Positions 8,515-20,820 of a stretch of 64,000 nucleotides of DNA are shown here, piece by piece (the stretch's first letter is position 1; every line of letters starts with the position of its first letter). Below the pieces are notes generated by a model that worked only from the letters and a program-made list of their open reading frames with translations, had not been told where the DNA came from and did not search any database. Origin of the DNA: an uncultured Pseudomonadales bacterium (lineage in GTDB: Bacteria; Patescibacteriota; Microgenomatia; UBA1400; PJMF01); assembly GCA_964637295.1 (NCBI GenBank), contig CAZWWE010000002.1, positions 43,108 to 107,107 on the forward strand, given 5' to 3'. A program made the position numbers and the translations under genes.

Positions 8515-9180
8515 ATGCAAAAAATTTTAACTTTGGCTGCGGATTGGCAAACCCTATCTTTATTAAAGACATTTTTCAAAAAAGAACAATTTTTATTGTA
8601 CTCGGCTCAATCAATTAAAAGAGCAGAGCAAATTCTTAAAAAAGAAAATTTTGAACTTTTTTTATCAGAAAGAAAATTAGTTGATGGCGATGTCTTGCCT
8701 TTATTAGTCAAGATTAAGGCTAAAAAAATATTTATGAAAATTTTAGTTTTTAGCGATCAAAAATCCCTGCAAGATCGCATTGCCATCTTGAAATTGGCAG
8801 ATGATTTTATTGCCAAACCTTTTAACAATTATGAATTTTCTTTAAAAATTAAAAACCTCTTGGCTTTGGATAAAAAAATTGAGGCAAGAATTTTAGCAGA
8901 CGAACGTTTTTTATTGAAAGATAGTTTGCTCGGTGATTCTAGTCACGGCTTTTTTCGTTCTCAAGAATTGAGAATCTTAGAATGTTTCTACAAACATAAA
9001 AATTTATTGGTTTCATATGAAACGATTTCTGCCTATGTTTGGGGTTATCGAGAGCCGTTACCAATCAAAAAAACTATTAATGTTTATGTCAGAAGAATTC
9101 GTGCCAAATTAAACAGTCGTTATCGCATAGACACGGTTAAAAATCGTGGCTATCGATTTATCGATGTAATTGGCAAATAA
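8515..9180 (+). CDS. OmpR/PhoB-family response regulator, atypical receiver (phospho-acceptor Asp not conserved)
   Basis: C-terminal winged helix (LRILECFYKH...VSYETI...INVYVRRIRAKL...NRGYRF) is the trans_reg_C domain. The receiver keeps the conserved Lys (FIAKPF) and Ser/Thr (LVFSDQ) positions. The acidic pocket is degenerate: AAD for DD, and FELFLSE where hhhhD is expected. Confidence 0.7.
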   Translation: MQKILTLAADWQTLSLLKTFFKKEQFLLYSAQSIKRAEQILKKENFELFLSERKLVDGDVLPLLVKIKAKKIFMKILVFSDQKSLQDRIAILKLADDFIAKPFNNYEFSLKIKNLLALDKKIEARILADERFLLKDSLLGDSSHGFFRSQELRILECFYKHKNLLVSYETISAYVWGYREPLPIKKTINVYVRRIRAKLNSRYRIDTVKNRGYRFIDVIGK

Positions 9181-9644
9181 CACTTGAGAGTAAAGCCGCT
9201 TTTTGTTTTATTGATAATTTCTAGCTTACCAGAAAATTTTTCTTTGACGAGACAATTAATTGTTTTAAGTTCCAGATGGCTTGTTCGATCTCTTAATAAA
9301 AAAACACTAGGAGCTTTTAGTAATTTATCAAAAAAAGAGAGTTTTTGACCACCGTTAGTGATACTCAAGCTAATTTTTTGCGCATTTTCAAGTTGAGCGG
9401 TAAATAAAATAATTTTATTGACAAATGCTTGGTTAACATAGGCAGTTTTAGTTTTTTTAAACAATTTTAAAATTAATTCTTGAAAAAATATTTTATTGGC
9501 TATTAATTGTAATTCATCTGGCAAATCTATTTTAATGGAATAAATAAAATCTGGATTTTGGATTTTATTTAAATTAATCGCTTCATAAATTGCATTTTTA
9601 ACAAAAAATGATTTAAGAATTTGACTTTGCGGCTTTTTCGCCAT
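9150..9644 (-). CDS. Stand-alone GHKL/HATPase_c-like domain protein, possibly degenerate
   Basis: C-terminus ...FSGKLEIINKTKSGFTLKCYLPI matches the HK G2/G3 region (hGG.i.v.S..G.G..F...LP). Upstream SITNGGQKLS sits where DxGxG is expected. There is no DHp domain. It overlaps the convergent regulator gene by 31 nt. Confidence 0.3.
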   Translation of the reverse strand: MAKKPQSQILKSFFVKNAIYEAINLNKIQNPDFIYSIKIDLPDELQLIANKIFFQELILKLFKKTKTAYVNQAFVNKIILFTAQLENAQKISLSITNGGQKLSFFDKLLKAPSVFLLRDRTSHLELKTINCLVKEKFSGKLEIINKTKSGFTLKCYLPITSINR

Positions 9645-9692
9645 AATGAAAACATTTTATGTTTTCAAAATAAAATTTAGATAAAATTTGGC

Positions 9693-11186
9693 TTATTTTT
9701 CTATTTGCCAAACTTGTAAACAAGGTGCTTGGTTGGGTCGGCAAAAGCTTAGTAATAAATTTTTTTCTGGAAGTATCATCTGTAAACGATGCGAATTGAC
9801 CACTAACAATTTCACGTCAAATGTTTCAGCTTTTTGCCAGAAATAATCAGGGATGTTTTTTATTGGCTGACCAATGCCTTCAACATAAATGTTGTTAACG
9901 TTTTGATTGTGTAAATTTAAAAGGATGCCATCAGGTAAGGTGCCGAAATGACCTTCAGTGGCGACTGCGACCCTCTTTGTTTTGGCCAATGTTTCAATTA
10001 ATTGCACAGTTTCAATGATGCCGTGTCCTGATGACCACTCTTCTAAATATTGTGTTCTATCGGCTTTGCTAAGCTGTAATTGATCTGGATGGAAATAAGC
10101 ATTTTTTATAAATAAAAAACTTGGAAGCAAAATTAAGAATAGCGCCAAAAGAAATAAAATTTTTTGTTTTTTAAGATGATTGAGAGAAATGGCGGCTGAA
10201 CTGATAAAGAACAAACTACTCGGTAAGGCATAGCGTGAGTAAATGATTTTGCCTAAAACAATCAGTGGTAGTAAAAAAACAAGCCCAGAAAGCCATAAAA
10301 CACTTTGTTTTCGCCTAGTTTGACGAAAAAGTGGCAAGGCTAAGATTAACACAACTGGACCCAAATAGAGCCAAAGCTGTTTGGCAAAAAAAGTACTGTT
10401 GCTGACTATAATTTTAAAAATTTCTGCAGAAAAGATGGTTTTTGCATCTTGCAAAAAATTGCCCCCAACAGCAAATAATTGACTAAAAAGTGGCACAATT
10501 CTAAAACTATAAAAAAGCAATCCAGCGACTAACAAGGCAAGACTGATTTTAAAAAACTTATTAATGATAAATTTTAAATTCAATTTTTCTTCAAAAAAAA
10601 TACTTAGATAAAAAACCGGCATAAATAATAAGGCTGGGGTTTTACTCATAATGCTTAAAAAAAAGAAAGCAGCTAAGCCTAAAATTGACCAAGAGCTTTT
10701 GTCTTTGACGATTTTTAGAGCGAAATAATAAGAAATAGTCAGATTGGTAAAAAGCAAGGCGTCAGTAATGGCCAGTCGGTTATGAAAAAAGATAAAAGGA
10801 AGTAAAATTGTCAAAAGCATCGCGAAAAAAGCGGCTAATGGCTCTTTAATTTTTTTCTGAATTAAAAAAATAAAAGTCAGACTAATGCCTCCTGCTAAGA
10901 CGGAAACCAATCTGGCCGCGTAGAGCTGATTATCAAAAATTTTAAGCAAAGGGAAAGTTAGCCACATCAAAAGGGGAGTTTTACCATCATTCATGGGGTA
11001 AAAAAAATACCGAGAGGCATCATCAATGATTAGTTGCGACCAGCGAATATAGATTGACTCATCAGCAAAAACAGGTAAAGCAGTTAGTTTGAATAGAGTC
11101 AAAATAAAATAGAGCAAAAGCAGGAGAATGAATAAAGATAAATTTTTATTTTTCACTTCTTCTATTAAATAGGAAAACCAAGCCAC
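9693..11186 (-). CDS. GT-C fold membrane glycosyltransferase (ArnT/PMT_2-like) with C-terminal extracytoplasmic domain
   Basis: Polytopic N-terminus with an ADESIYIRW loop-1 motif analogous to the WDEA/DE motif of the ArnT-like paralogs in this window, plus a ~150-aa soluble C-terminal domain. Confidence 0.5.
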   Translation of the reverse strand: MAWFSYLIEEVKNKNLSLFILLLLLYFILTLFKLTALPVFADESIYIRWSQLIIDDASRYFFYPMNDGKTPLLMWLTFPLLKIFDNQLYAARLVSVLAGGISLTFIFLIQKKIKEPLAAFFAMLLTILLPFIFFHNRLAITDALLFTNLTISYYFALKIVKDKSSWSILGLAAFFFLSIMSKTPALLFMPVFYLSIFFEEKLNLKFIINKFFKISLALLVAGLLFYSFRIVPLFSQLFAVGGNFLQDAKTIFSAEIFKIIVSNSTFFAKQLWLYLGPVVLILALPLFRQTRRKQSVLWLSGLVFLLPLIVLGKIIYSRYALPSSLFFISSAAISLNHLKKQKILFLLALFLILLPSFLFIKNAYFHPDQLQLSKADRTQYLEEWSSGHGIIETVQLIETLAKTKRVAVATEGHFGTLPDGILLNLHNQNVNNIYVEGIGQPIKNIPDYFWQKAETFDVKLLVVNSHRLQMILPEKNLLLSFCRPNQAPCLQVWQIEK

Positions 11187-12339
11187 TAAGCAAGAGGTAG
11201 AAGCCAGGAATAGACCAGGTGACTATTTTTTGTAAGGGGAACAAATTGCTGCTGTCTAGGTGAAAGCTCATCCACGGCAGATAATACAGCCAAGGTAAAT
11301 AACGTAATAAGGAGGACAGCGAAAAAACAATTAATAATTGACGGAGCCAAGGATTTTTCATTAAAGGTAAAAAGATCAAAGACCAAAGCAAATACCAAGG
11401 TAAGAAATATTTTGAGCGCTCGGTTAATAAAGGTAAAAACATGGACAAACTCATTAAATCAAAAATATATTCAGTTTTAACTAGTTTAGCTGCCTTATCT
11501 TTAAAAATAAAATAAATTAAAAAGGGCAATAAAATAATCGTGGCATATTTGATAGAAATTGAGATGAGCATCGCAAATACTATCAAAAGTATTTTTAATA
11601 ATTTTCTTTTTTTGAAATCAGTGGCTAGATAAAGAGCCAATAAAGCTGGTGCCAACATCCACAAATCGTTGTGAGCGCTACTTAAAATTTCGATTAAAAA
11701 AAGTGGATTTAAAAATAATAAGGCTAGTTGAAAATAGTCGACCTTTTTATAAAATTTTTCTAAAATGAGCAAGCTTAGCATTAAAGAAAATAAAGCAAAA
11801 AATTTAAATAAGACGAAAGTTAAGAAAAACTTACCCAAACCAGCTAAATAAGGTAATAAAGACAAGGCTGTCCAACCGTAGCCATATGGAGCTGGAGTGT
11901 GAACATTGTTCATAAAACGCAACATGGGATCATCTGCAAAATCAAGAGCTGTTTTAAAATGTGGATTGGCGCCAAATTCAATTACCATCTTGGCATTAAA
12001 AATATAATTAAAAAGATCGTGAGACAGAGCGTTGTAAGAAAATACCAGGGGAAGACTAATTAAAATTAAAAATTTCCAGAAATTTTTTCGAGAATGAAGA
12101 TTTAATTCTGACCAATTTTTTAAAATTAAAATATAATCGGCGAAAATTAAAAAGATTAATACCCCATAAAAAATTGTTCTCGCATTTTGCATGGGCAAAA
12201 AATTTTGCCACAAATAAGTTTGAAAAGAAATAAAATAATCTGACTTGAGTAAAATTAAATTAGGATCAGTTAGAACAAAAGAAAAAATAGCAAAAATTAC
12301 AAACAGCAAAAAATAACTAATCAATAAAAATTTTTTCAT
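11146..12339 (-). CDS. Polytopic integral membrane protein (possible GT-C / glycan-processing)
   Basis: 397 aa, ~10 TM segments. Lies between a GtrB-like GT2 and an ArnT-like gene in the same operon. Confidence 0.4.
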   Translation of the reverse strand: MKKFLLISYFLLFVIFAIFSFVLTDPNLILLKSDYFISFQTYLWQNFLPMQNARTIFYGVLIFLIFADYILILKNWSELNLHSRKNFWKFLILISLPLVFSYNALSHDLFNYIFNAKMVIEFGANPHFKTALDFADDPMLRFMNNVHTPAPYGYGWTALSLLPYLAGLGKFFLTFVLFKFFALFSLMLSLLILEKFYKKVDYFQLALLFLNPLFLIEILSSAHNDLWMLAPALLALYLATDFKKRKLLKILLIVFAMLISISIKYATIILLPFLIYFIFKDKAAKLVKTEYIFDLMSLSMFLPLLTERSKYFLPWYLLWSLIFLPLMKNPWLRQLLIVFSLSSLLRYLPWLYYLPWMSFHLDSSNLFPLQKIVTWSIPGFYLLLSGLVFLFNRRSEK

Positions 12340-13091
12340 TTTTTTGGGTATTTGTTAGTCCAATCAGCTATTTTAATGCGCAAAATATCGGCAAACATTA
12401 AAAAAGAGTCTCTTAAGGGATTAACGCGATTGGTTTGAAAGTGTTTCCACAAAATAGGAACTTCTTTTAAACTAAAACCATATTTTTTAGCTAAATATAG
12501 TAATTCGACATCAAAAGCACCGGTGAAAGCGTCTTGGCGTTTTTTTTCTCCTGAATAAACATATAGGTTATTAAATAACTTTTCAGTAGCTTTTTCTGAA
12601 AACAATTTGAAACCACACTGACTATCTTGTGTGCCCGGAACGGCTAAAAGTTGCACAACTAGATTGAAGCCTCTGCCCATCAAATGTCGATAAAAGGGTT
12701 CTTTTTCTCTTTTAGCACCCATTATTTCTCTTGAACCAAAAATCACTTCGTATTGACCAGCATATTTAAGTAATTTGCGCACTTCTCTCAGAGGAGTAGA
12801 TTGATCGAAATCAGAAAATAATCTCCAGCTACCCTCTGCTTTGAGCATTCCTGCCTTGACAGTGGGACCCTTGCCTTTGTGTTGATTGGTGAGAACTTTA
12901 ATGCGTTCGTCTTTTGCAGCAAATTTTTGTAAAGTTAAAACTGTATCGTCTTGGCTCCCATCGTCGGTCAAAATTAGCTCCCAGGATTTTTCATAGTTTT
13001 GTAAAAATTGATATACTTCTTCTAGCACTCCACGCTTGATATTTTTAGACTCATTGAAAGAAGGCAATATGACAGATAAATAGGGTTTCAT
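12336..13091 (-). CDS. GT2 polyprenyl-phosphate glycosyltransferase (DPM1/GtrB/ArnC-like)
   Basis: LSVILPSFNESKNI...LILTDDGSQDDT...LFSDFDQSTP are the GT2 DXD blocks of the DPM1-like subfamily. ~250 aa, no membrane domain. Confidence 0.7.
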   Translation of the reverse strand: MKPYLSVILPSFNESKNIKRGVLEEVYQFLQNYEKSWELILTDDGSQDDTVLTLQKFAAKDERIKVLTNQHKGKGPTVKAGMLKAEGSWRLFSDFDQSTPLREVRKLLKYAGQYEVIFGSREIMGAKREKEPFYRHLMGRGFNLVVQLLAVPGTQDSQCGFKLFSEKATEKLFNNLYVYSGEKKRQDAFTGAFDVELLYLAKKYGFSLKEVPILWKHFQTNRVNPLRDSFLMFADILRIKIADWTNKYPKK

Positions 13092-13097
13092 AATTTT

Positions 13098-14642
13098 TTA
13101 TTCATTATAACTAGTTAAAACAGTAATTTCTGGACCATCTGTGACATTAAATGTTTCCACCATGTTTTTATTTGGAAAAACCACAATTTCATAAATAGCT
13201 GAATTTAAAATGTTTTTTTCAACTTTTTCTTCATTAATAATAAATAGTTTTTCCGCCTGATGGTGATTTTCCATTTTGACTGGTTCATTCTCTTTGGTGC
13301 TTAAAAAATATCGATAATTCATGCCATAAAGATCTTTTGAGGTGGCCAATAAAACAATGTTGTATTTTTCATTTTTTTTGACTCGAGCATAAATTTCTTC
13401 GGAAACTTTTTTAATTTTGGCAATGCTCAAATCACTGTTCCTAATAGCATATCTACTCGCGTTACTGATCAGAAAAAAACATAAAAACGGCACTAATAAT
13501 GAAAATTTTAACCAGTTATATTTGAATTTATTAAAAAATAAACCATAAAAAATATAGGTAAATGGAAACAAGTAGGCAATGTAATGTTCGTAAACCTGAT
13601 GTTGATAGACGCTTATGCCAATAATACCGGGAATTAAATAAGCCAGGAGCACTTTTTCACCATCTTTTAATTTAGCTTTGTTTTTAGCCAAATAAAGAGC
13701 TGATAAAATTAAGACTACAAATAGCAAAGGATGATTTATTTTATTGATTGCAAAACTTGGTTCTAAAAGAACCAGGGAAGCTTTTTCCTTGAGATCAACA
13801 CTGATAAATTTGGTGAAAGTCGCCAAGCCTTTACGGCCCTTTTTTCTTTGCAAGTCAAAACTTTCCTCTTTGACTAAAATTTTACTAAAAGATTTGGCAT
13901 TTAAAAAATCATGCTTGTAATCAAAAAGTAAAAGAGGAGTTAAGGAAATCATAAAAATGATCACCGCCAAGGCAATATGTTTAATAAATTTATTTTCTAA
14001 ATTGAAAAATTTGCTTTTATTTTTTTTGACTTTTTCTATTAATTGGACCAAAAAAATGATGCCGGCTCCAGATAAAGAAAGTAGAGTAACGTAGTGTAGT
14101 TGAATGAGAATGCTGAAACAAACTGAAACAAGTAGCCAGTATTTACTATCCTTTTTCCAGGATAAATAAGTAAAATAAAACATCAATAAACTAAAAAAAG
14201 GGGCGGGGTTGGGGTTCCAGCTAAATCGAGCTAAATTGACCACTGAAGCAGAAAAAGTAAAAAAAATGCTAGCTAAAATGGCGGTTTGTCGATCAAAAAC
14301 TTTTTTAGTAATTTGAAATAATAAAAAAACAGTTAGAACTGATAGTCCGGCTACAGCGTAAACTGGCCCGATAGGACTTGGATAAGATAAAAATAAAAAT
14401 GGCAACATGAAATAATAGTAAAACGGTCCCAAATACATATTGCCAATGCTGGTCACTGGACCAATAAAAACTGGATCTAAATTCTTAAAGATGTTGGCGA
14501 CAACCATGGCATCTCTGCCCTGATCTCCTTGAAACATCATGGTATTTTTAAGATTGTAAAATCTTAAAAAGATAGCAACAGCAAGAATTAAGAGCAGAAA
14601 CAAGCGTTCTAATGTGACTTGTTTTTTGATGAGTTTCCACAT
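13098..14642 (-). CDS. Large polytopic membrane protein, probable GT-C glycosyltransferase (paralog of 46006-47421)
   Basis: 514 aa and polytopic. Loop motif FQGDQGRDA resembles FFNDIGRDF in ORF 46006-47421. Directly downstream of a Ppm1-like synthase. Confidence 0.4.
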   Translation of the reverse strand: MWKLIKKQVTLERLFLLLILAVAIFLRFYNLKNTMMFQGDQGRDAMVVANIFKNLDPVFIGPVTSIGNMYLGPFYYYFMLPFLFLSYPSPIGPVYAVAGLSVLTVFLLFQITKKVFDRQTAILASIFFTFSASVVNLARFSWNPNPAPFFSLLMFYFTYLSWKKDSKYWLLVSVCFSILIQLHYVTLLSLSGAGIIFLVQLIEKVKKNKSKFFNLENKFIKHIALAVIIFMISLTPLLLFDYKHDFLNAKSFSKILVKEESFDLQRKKGRKGLATFTKFISVDLKEKASLVLLEPSFAINKINHPLLFVVLILSALYLAKNKAKLKDGEKVLLAYLIPGIIGISVYQHQVYEHYIAYLFPFTYIFYGLFFNKFKYNWLKFSLLVPFLCFFLISNASRYAIRNSDLSIAKIKKVSEEIYARVKKNEKYNIVLLATSKDLYGMNYRYFLSTKENEPVKMENHHQAEKLFIINEEKVEKNILNSAIYEIVVFPNKNMVETFNVTDGPEITVLTSYNE

Positions 14643-14644
14643 TT

Positions 14645-17738
<3,094 letters not shown>

Positions 17739-17758
<20 letters not shown>

Positions 17759-19016
17759 TATATTGGTAGCCCCAGTTTTTAATTACTTTTGTTTGAAACT
17801 GATTGCGACAATCAATAAAAAATTGTTTTTTAGTATTTTTAACTTGAGAAAAATCAAAAGCTGTTATTTCTGGCCATTCAACCACCGCCATAATAATATC
17901 GGCATTATGGCAAGCTTCTTCGATAGTTGCGAACTGTTGGTGATTATTAATTTCCACAGAGTATTTAGCCATAGGGTCAAAACTTTGTAATTTGGCGCCT
18001 TGCTCACTCAAGAAAGGAATAATTTTAGTCGATGGGGCTTCTCTCATATCATCAGTATTAGGTTTAAATGATAGACCCAATACAGCAATTGTTTTGCCTG
18101 CAAAACCACTAACTTCTTGAGAAAATTTATCCATTAAATAAAAAATGCGATGACTATTAATTTCATTGACTCGATTTAATAAATTACCACTTTCTCCAAC
18201 ACTACGAGAATAAGCAGCTAATTCTTTAACATCCTTTGGAAAACATGAGCCACCGTAACCCAATCCGGGGTACCAATAGTGTTGGCCAATTCTTTGATCA
18301 TAGCCAATGGCTTTGATCACTTCATCAATATCAGCTCCATTTTTTTCACACAGATTAGCAATTTCGTTAATAAATGTAATTCTGGTGGCAAGATAAGAAT
18401 TAGCAGTGTATTTGGCCATTTGTGCTGAGGCGACTCGGCAACGAATGATGGGAGCATGAAGCGATTGATGTAATTCTTCTAGTTTTTCAAAGACGAAATC
18501 ATCTTCTGCGCCAATCACAATTCGATCTGGATTGAGAGTATCATGCACCGCCGAGCCTTCACGCAAAAATTCCGGCAAAGAAGCTCCATAAAATTTTGTT
18601 GCAGTTTCTTGCTTAATAATTTCCATGGTTTTTTCTAAAGTTCCAGGAGGAACAGTAGATTTAATCACCACAATGGCATTTTCATTGATATAAGGAGCTA
18701 ATGATTTCGCACTGGCAAAAACATAACGTAAATCGGCTGTTTCATCTACTGCAGAAGGGGTGCCAACGGCAATGATAATAACTTCTGCATCTTTAATAGC
18801 CGTTTCATAAGAAGTGGTAAAGCTGAGCCTGCCTTTGGCTTGTTGTTCGAGTAATAATTCTTGTAATCCGGGTTCATAAAAAGGTACTTGGCCCTTTTGC
18901 AAAAGTTGAATTTTATGTTCATCGATGTCTAAACCAATCACCTGATTGCCGAAACTAGCATAGACTGCAGCAGAAACCACGCCTACAAAACCTGTACCAA
19001 TGACTGTGACTTTCAT
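17739..19016 (-). CDS. ugd: UDP-glucose 6-dehydrogenase / nucleotide-sugar dehydrogenase
   Basis: MKVTVIGTGFVGVVSA is the NAD fold, and GYGGSCFPKD carries the catalytic Cys. Length (~425 aa) and block order fit UDP-Glc DH; the exact substrate is not provable from sequence. Confidence 0.75.
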
Positions 19017-19019
19017 GAA

Positions 19020-19051
19020 TTGACTTTCTATTTTATTTTATCTTGTATAAT
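19020..19051 (+). promoter_or_regulatory. Candidate sigma70-type promoter for trmD in the divergent intergenic region
   Basis: TTGACT at 19020-19025. Extended -10 box TGTATAAT at 19044-19051. The 20-nt spacer is long, so the extended -10 is the main support. Confidence 0.3.
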
Positions 19052-19083
19052 AGCAAAGAACAGCTCTAATTTATCACGATTTT

Positions 19084-19728
19084 ATGAAAATTAACATTTT
19101 GACTATTTTTCCTGATTTTTTTAGCAAGCCTCTTGAAACCTCGATTTTAAAGAGAGCGGCTAATAAAAAATTAGTTGAATTTAATATTCTAAATTTGCGT
19201 GATTTTTCTCAAGACAAGCATCAAAAAACCGATCAACGACCTTTTGGTGGTGGGCCAGGAATGGTGATGATGATCGAGCCAATTGACAGAGCCCTGGAAT
19301 CATTAAAAGTAAAAAAAGGTGATCAAAATAAAAAAATTGTTTTAACTTCTGCCAAGGGTTCGATATTTACTCAGCAAGTAGCTAAAAATTTAGCCAGTTT
19401 AGACGAGCTAACCATTATTTGCGGTCACTATGAAGGTGTTGATGAGCGAGTGGCTTTACATTTAGTTGATGAAGAGATTAGGATTGGTGATTACGTTTTA
19501 ACTGGTGGTGAAGCAGCAGCTTTGGTAATGAGTGATGTGATTGCGAGATTGATTCCGGGCGTACTTGGCAATGAAGAAAGCAATCAAAACGAATCTCATA
19601 GTCAAGCAGGTAAGATGGGACATCCACAATTTACAAAGCCAGCAAATTACAAAGAAATGATTGTGCCAGCAGTTTTATTATCTGGCGATCACCAAAAAAT
19701 TGCAGCTTGGCGAAAAACAGCTAGCTAG
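19084..19728 (+). CDS. trmD: tRNA (guanine37-N1)-methyltransferase
   Basis: MKINILTIFPDFF...NLRDFSQDKHQKTDQRPFGGGPGMVM...LTSAKG...ICGHYEGVDER...IGDYVLTGGE are the SPOUT TrmD blocks. Confidence 0.85.
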   Translation: MKINILTIFPDFFSKPLETSILKRAANKKLVEFNILNLRDFSQDKHQKTDQRPFGGGPGMVMMIEPIDRALESLKVKKGDQNKKIVLTSAKGSIFTQQVAKNLASLDELTIICGHYEGVDERVALHLVDEEIRIGDYVLTGGEAAALVMSDVIARLIPGVLGNEESNQNESHSQAGKMGHPQFTKPANYKEMIVPAVLLSGDHQKIAAWRKTAS

Positions 19729-19912
19729 AAGCCTTGTTTTTCATATTGTCAATATATTCTTTCATTTGCTCTGTTCCACCGATAAAGACATCATCTCTAG
19801 GGTCTTGTCTCAATAAGTTAAATGCTATTGCAAGTAAGTAATTTTCTGCGGCGGTTATGGATTGATTTTCAAAATCACAACGGACACAGCCTCCCTCTTT
19901 AGAAAGAATCAT
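19721..19912 (-). CDS. Small hypothetical ORF (63 aa) in the trmD-rmlD intergenic gap
   Basis: Only an ORF call; no motif recognised. Its sole support is that it fills an otherwise 210-nt non-coding gap. Confidence 0.15.
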   Translation of the reverse strand: MILSKEGGCVRCDFENQSITAAENYLLAIAFNLLRQDPRDDVFIGGTEQMKEYIDNMKNKASS

Positions 19913-19939
19913 TTTTTATTCCTTTCCGAATAATGTAGC

Positions 19940-20818
19940 TTATAAATTTGTTTCTTTGATAGCCTCTTTGACACTTTTTAACTTGAAATCTAAAAGATTT
20001 TTTAGCCGATCAATGTTTAGGGCCGTGTTTTTTTGATAGGGTCGATTGCTGGTTTTTAGATATTCAGCCAAGGAGCCTTCTTGCAAAGGGAATTCGAGCT
20101 TGAATGTTTCTTTGATGAGTTTCGCAAATGCAAAATCGGTCCATGATTCTCCTGATGAGGCGTGATAAAGTCCAGTTATTTTCTGACGAATTACCAAGTC
20201 GATGATTTTTGCCAAATCATTAATATAGGTTGGTCCGAAATAGTGATCGCTAAATTGCGGATAGAGCTTATGATTTTTCATGCCCTCAAGAATTCGATGC
20301 AAGGTGTCAATTTTTTCAAAAGAATCATTGCGAAACGGTTGGTCGATGCGCAGAATAGTCCAATCAAGACGACTAGCTTGAATGATTTCTTCTGCCAGGG
20401 CTTTGGTTTTGCCATACCATTCGATAGGATTGGTTTTGTCTGTTTCGACATACATCTCCTTTTTTTCTCCATCAAAAACGTAAGCTGTAGAAAGGTGAAT
20501 GAAGTGTTTGCCGGTTTGTTCGCAAGCTTTGACTAAATTTTTTGTACCCGTAACGTTTACTTGATAACAAAGTCCATTTTCATCTCCAGTTTGTTGCCAG
20601 GCTCCCGTCACATCAGTAAAAGCAGCCATGTGAATCAGAAATTTTGCTTCTGAAGCAGCGACCGCCGCAAAGACTTGCTTTTCATTAGTAATGTCAATGG
20701 GGCGCTGTGGATTTCGAAGATCTAAATTATCAAAATCATACGTTTCTTTGAAATGAGCCACAAATTTGGAACCAATTAAACCATTCAAGCCTGTGCCTAG
20801 AATTGGAACTTTTTGCAT
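19940..20818 (-). CDS. rmlD: dTDP-4-dehydrorhamnose reductase
   Basis: ILGTGLNGLIGSKF...HMAAFTDV...NVTGTKNLVKACEQTGKHFIHLSTAYVFDG...WYGKTKALAEE is the RmlD (RfbD) block order. Confidence 0.75.
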   Translation of the reverse strand: MQKVPILGTGLNGLIGSKFVAHFKETYDFDNLDLRNPQRPIDITNEKQVFAAVAASEAKFLIHMAAFTDVTGAWQQTGDENGLCYQVNVTGTKNLVKACEQTGKHFIHLSTAYVFDGEKKEMYVETDKTNPIEWYGKTKALAEEIIQASRLDWTILRIDQPFRNDSFEKIDTLHRILEGMKNHKLYPQFSDHYFGPTYINDLAKIIDLVIRQKITGLYHASSGESWTDFAFAKLIKETFKLEFPLQEGSLAEYLKTSNRPYQKNTALNIDRLKNLLDFKLKSVKEAIKETNL

Positions 20819-20820
20819 TT

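Noticed and set aside
19020-19051. Strong canonical -35/-10 promoter for trmD
   Set aside because: The spacing between TTGACT and TATAAT is 20 nt, not 17. Only the extended -10 (TGTATAAT) is convincing, so confidence is kept low.
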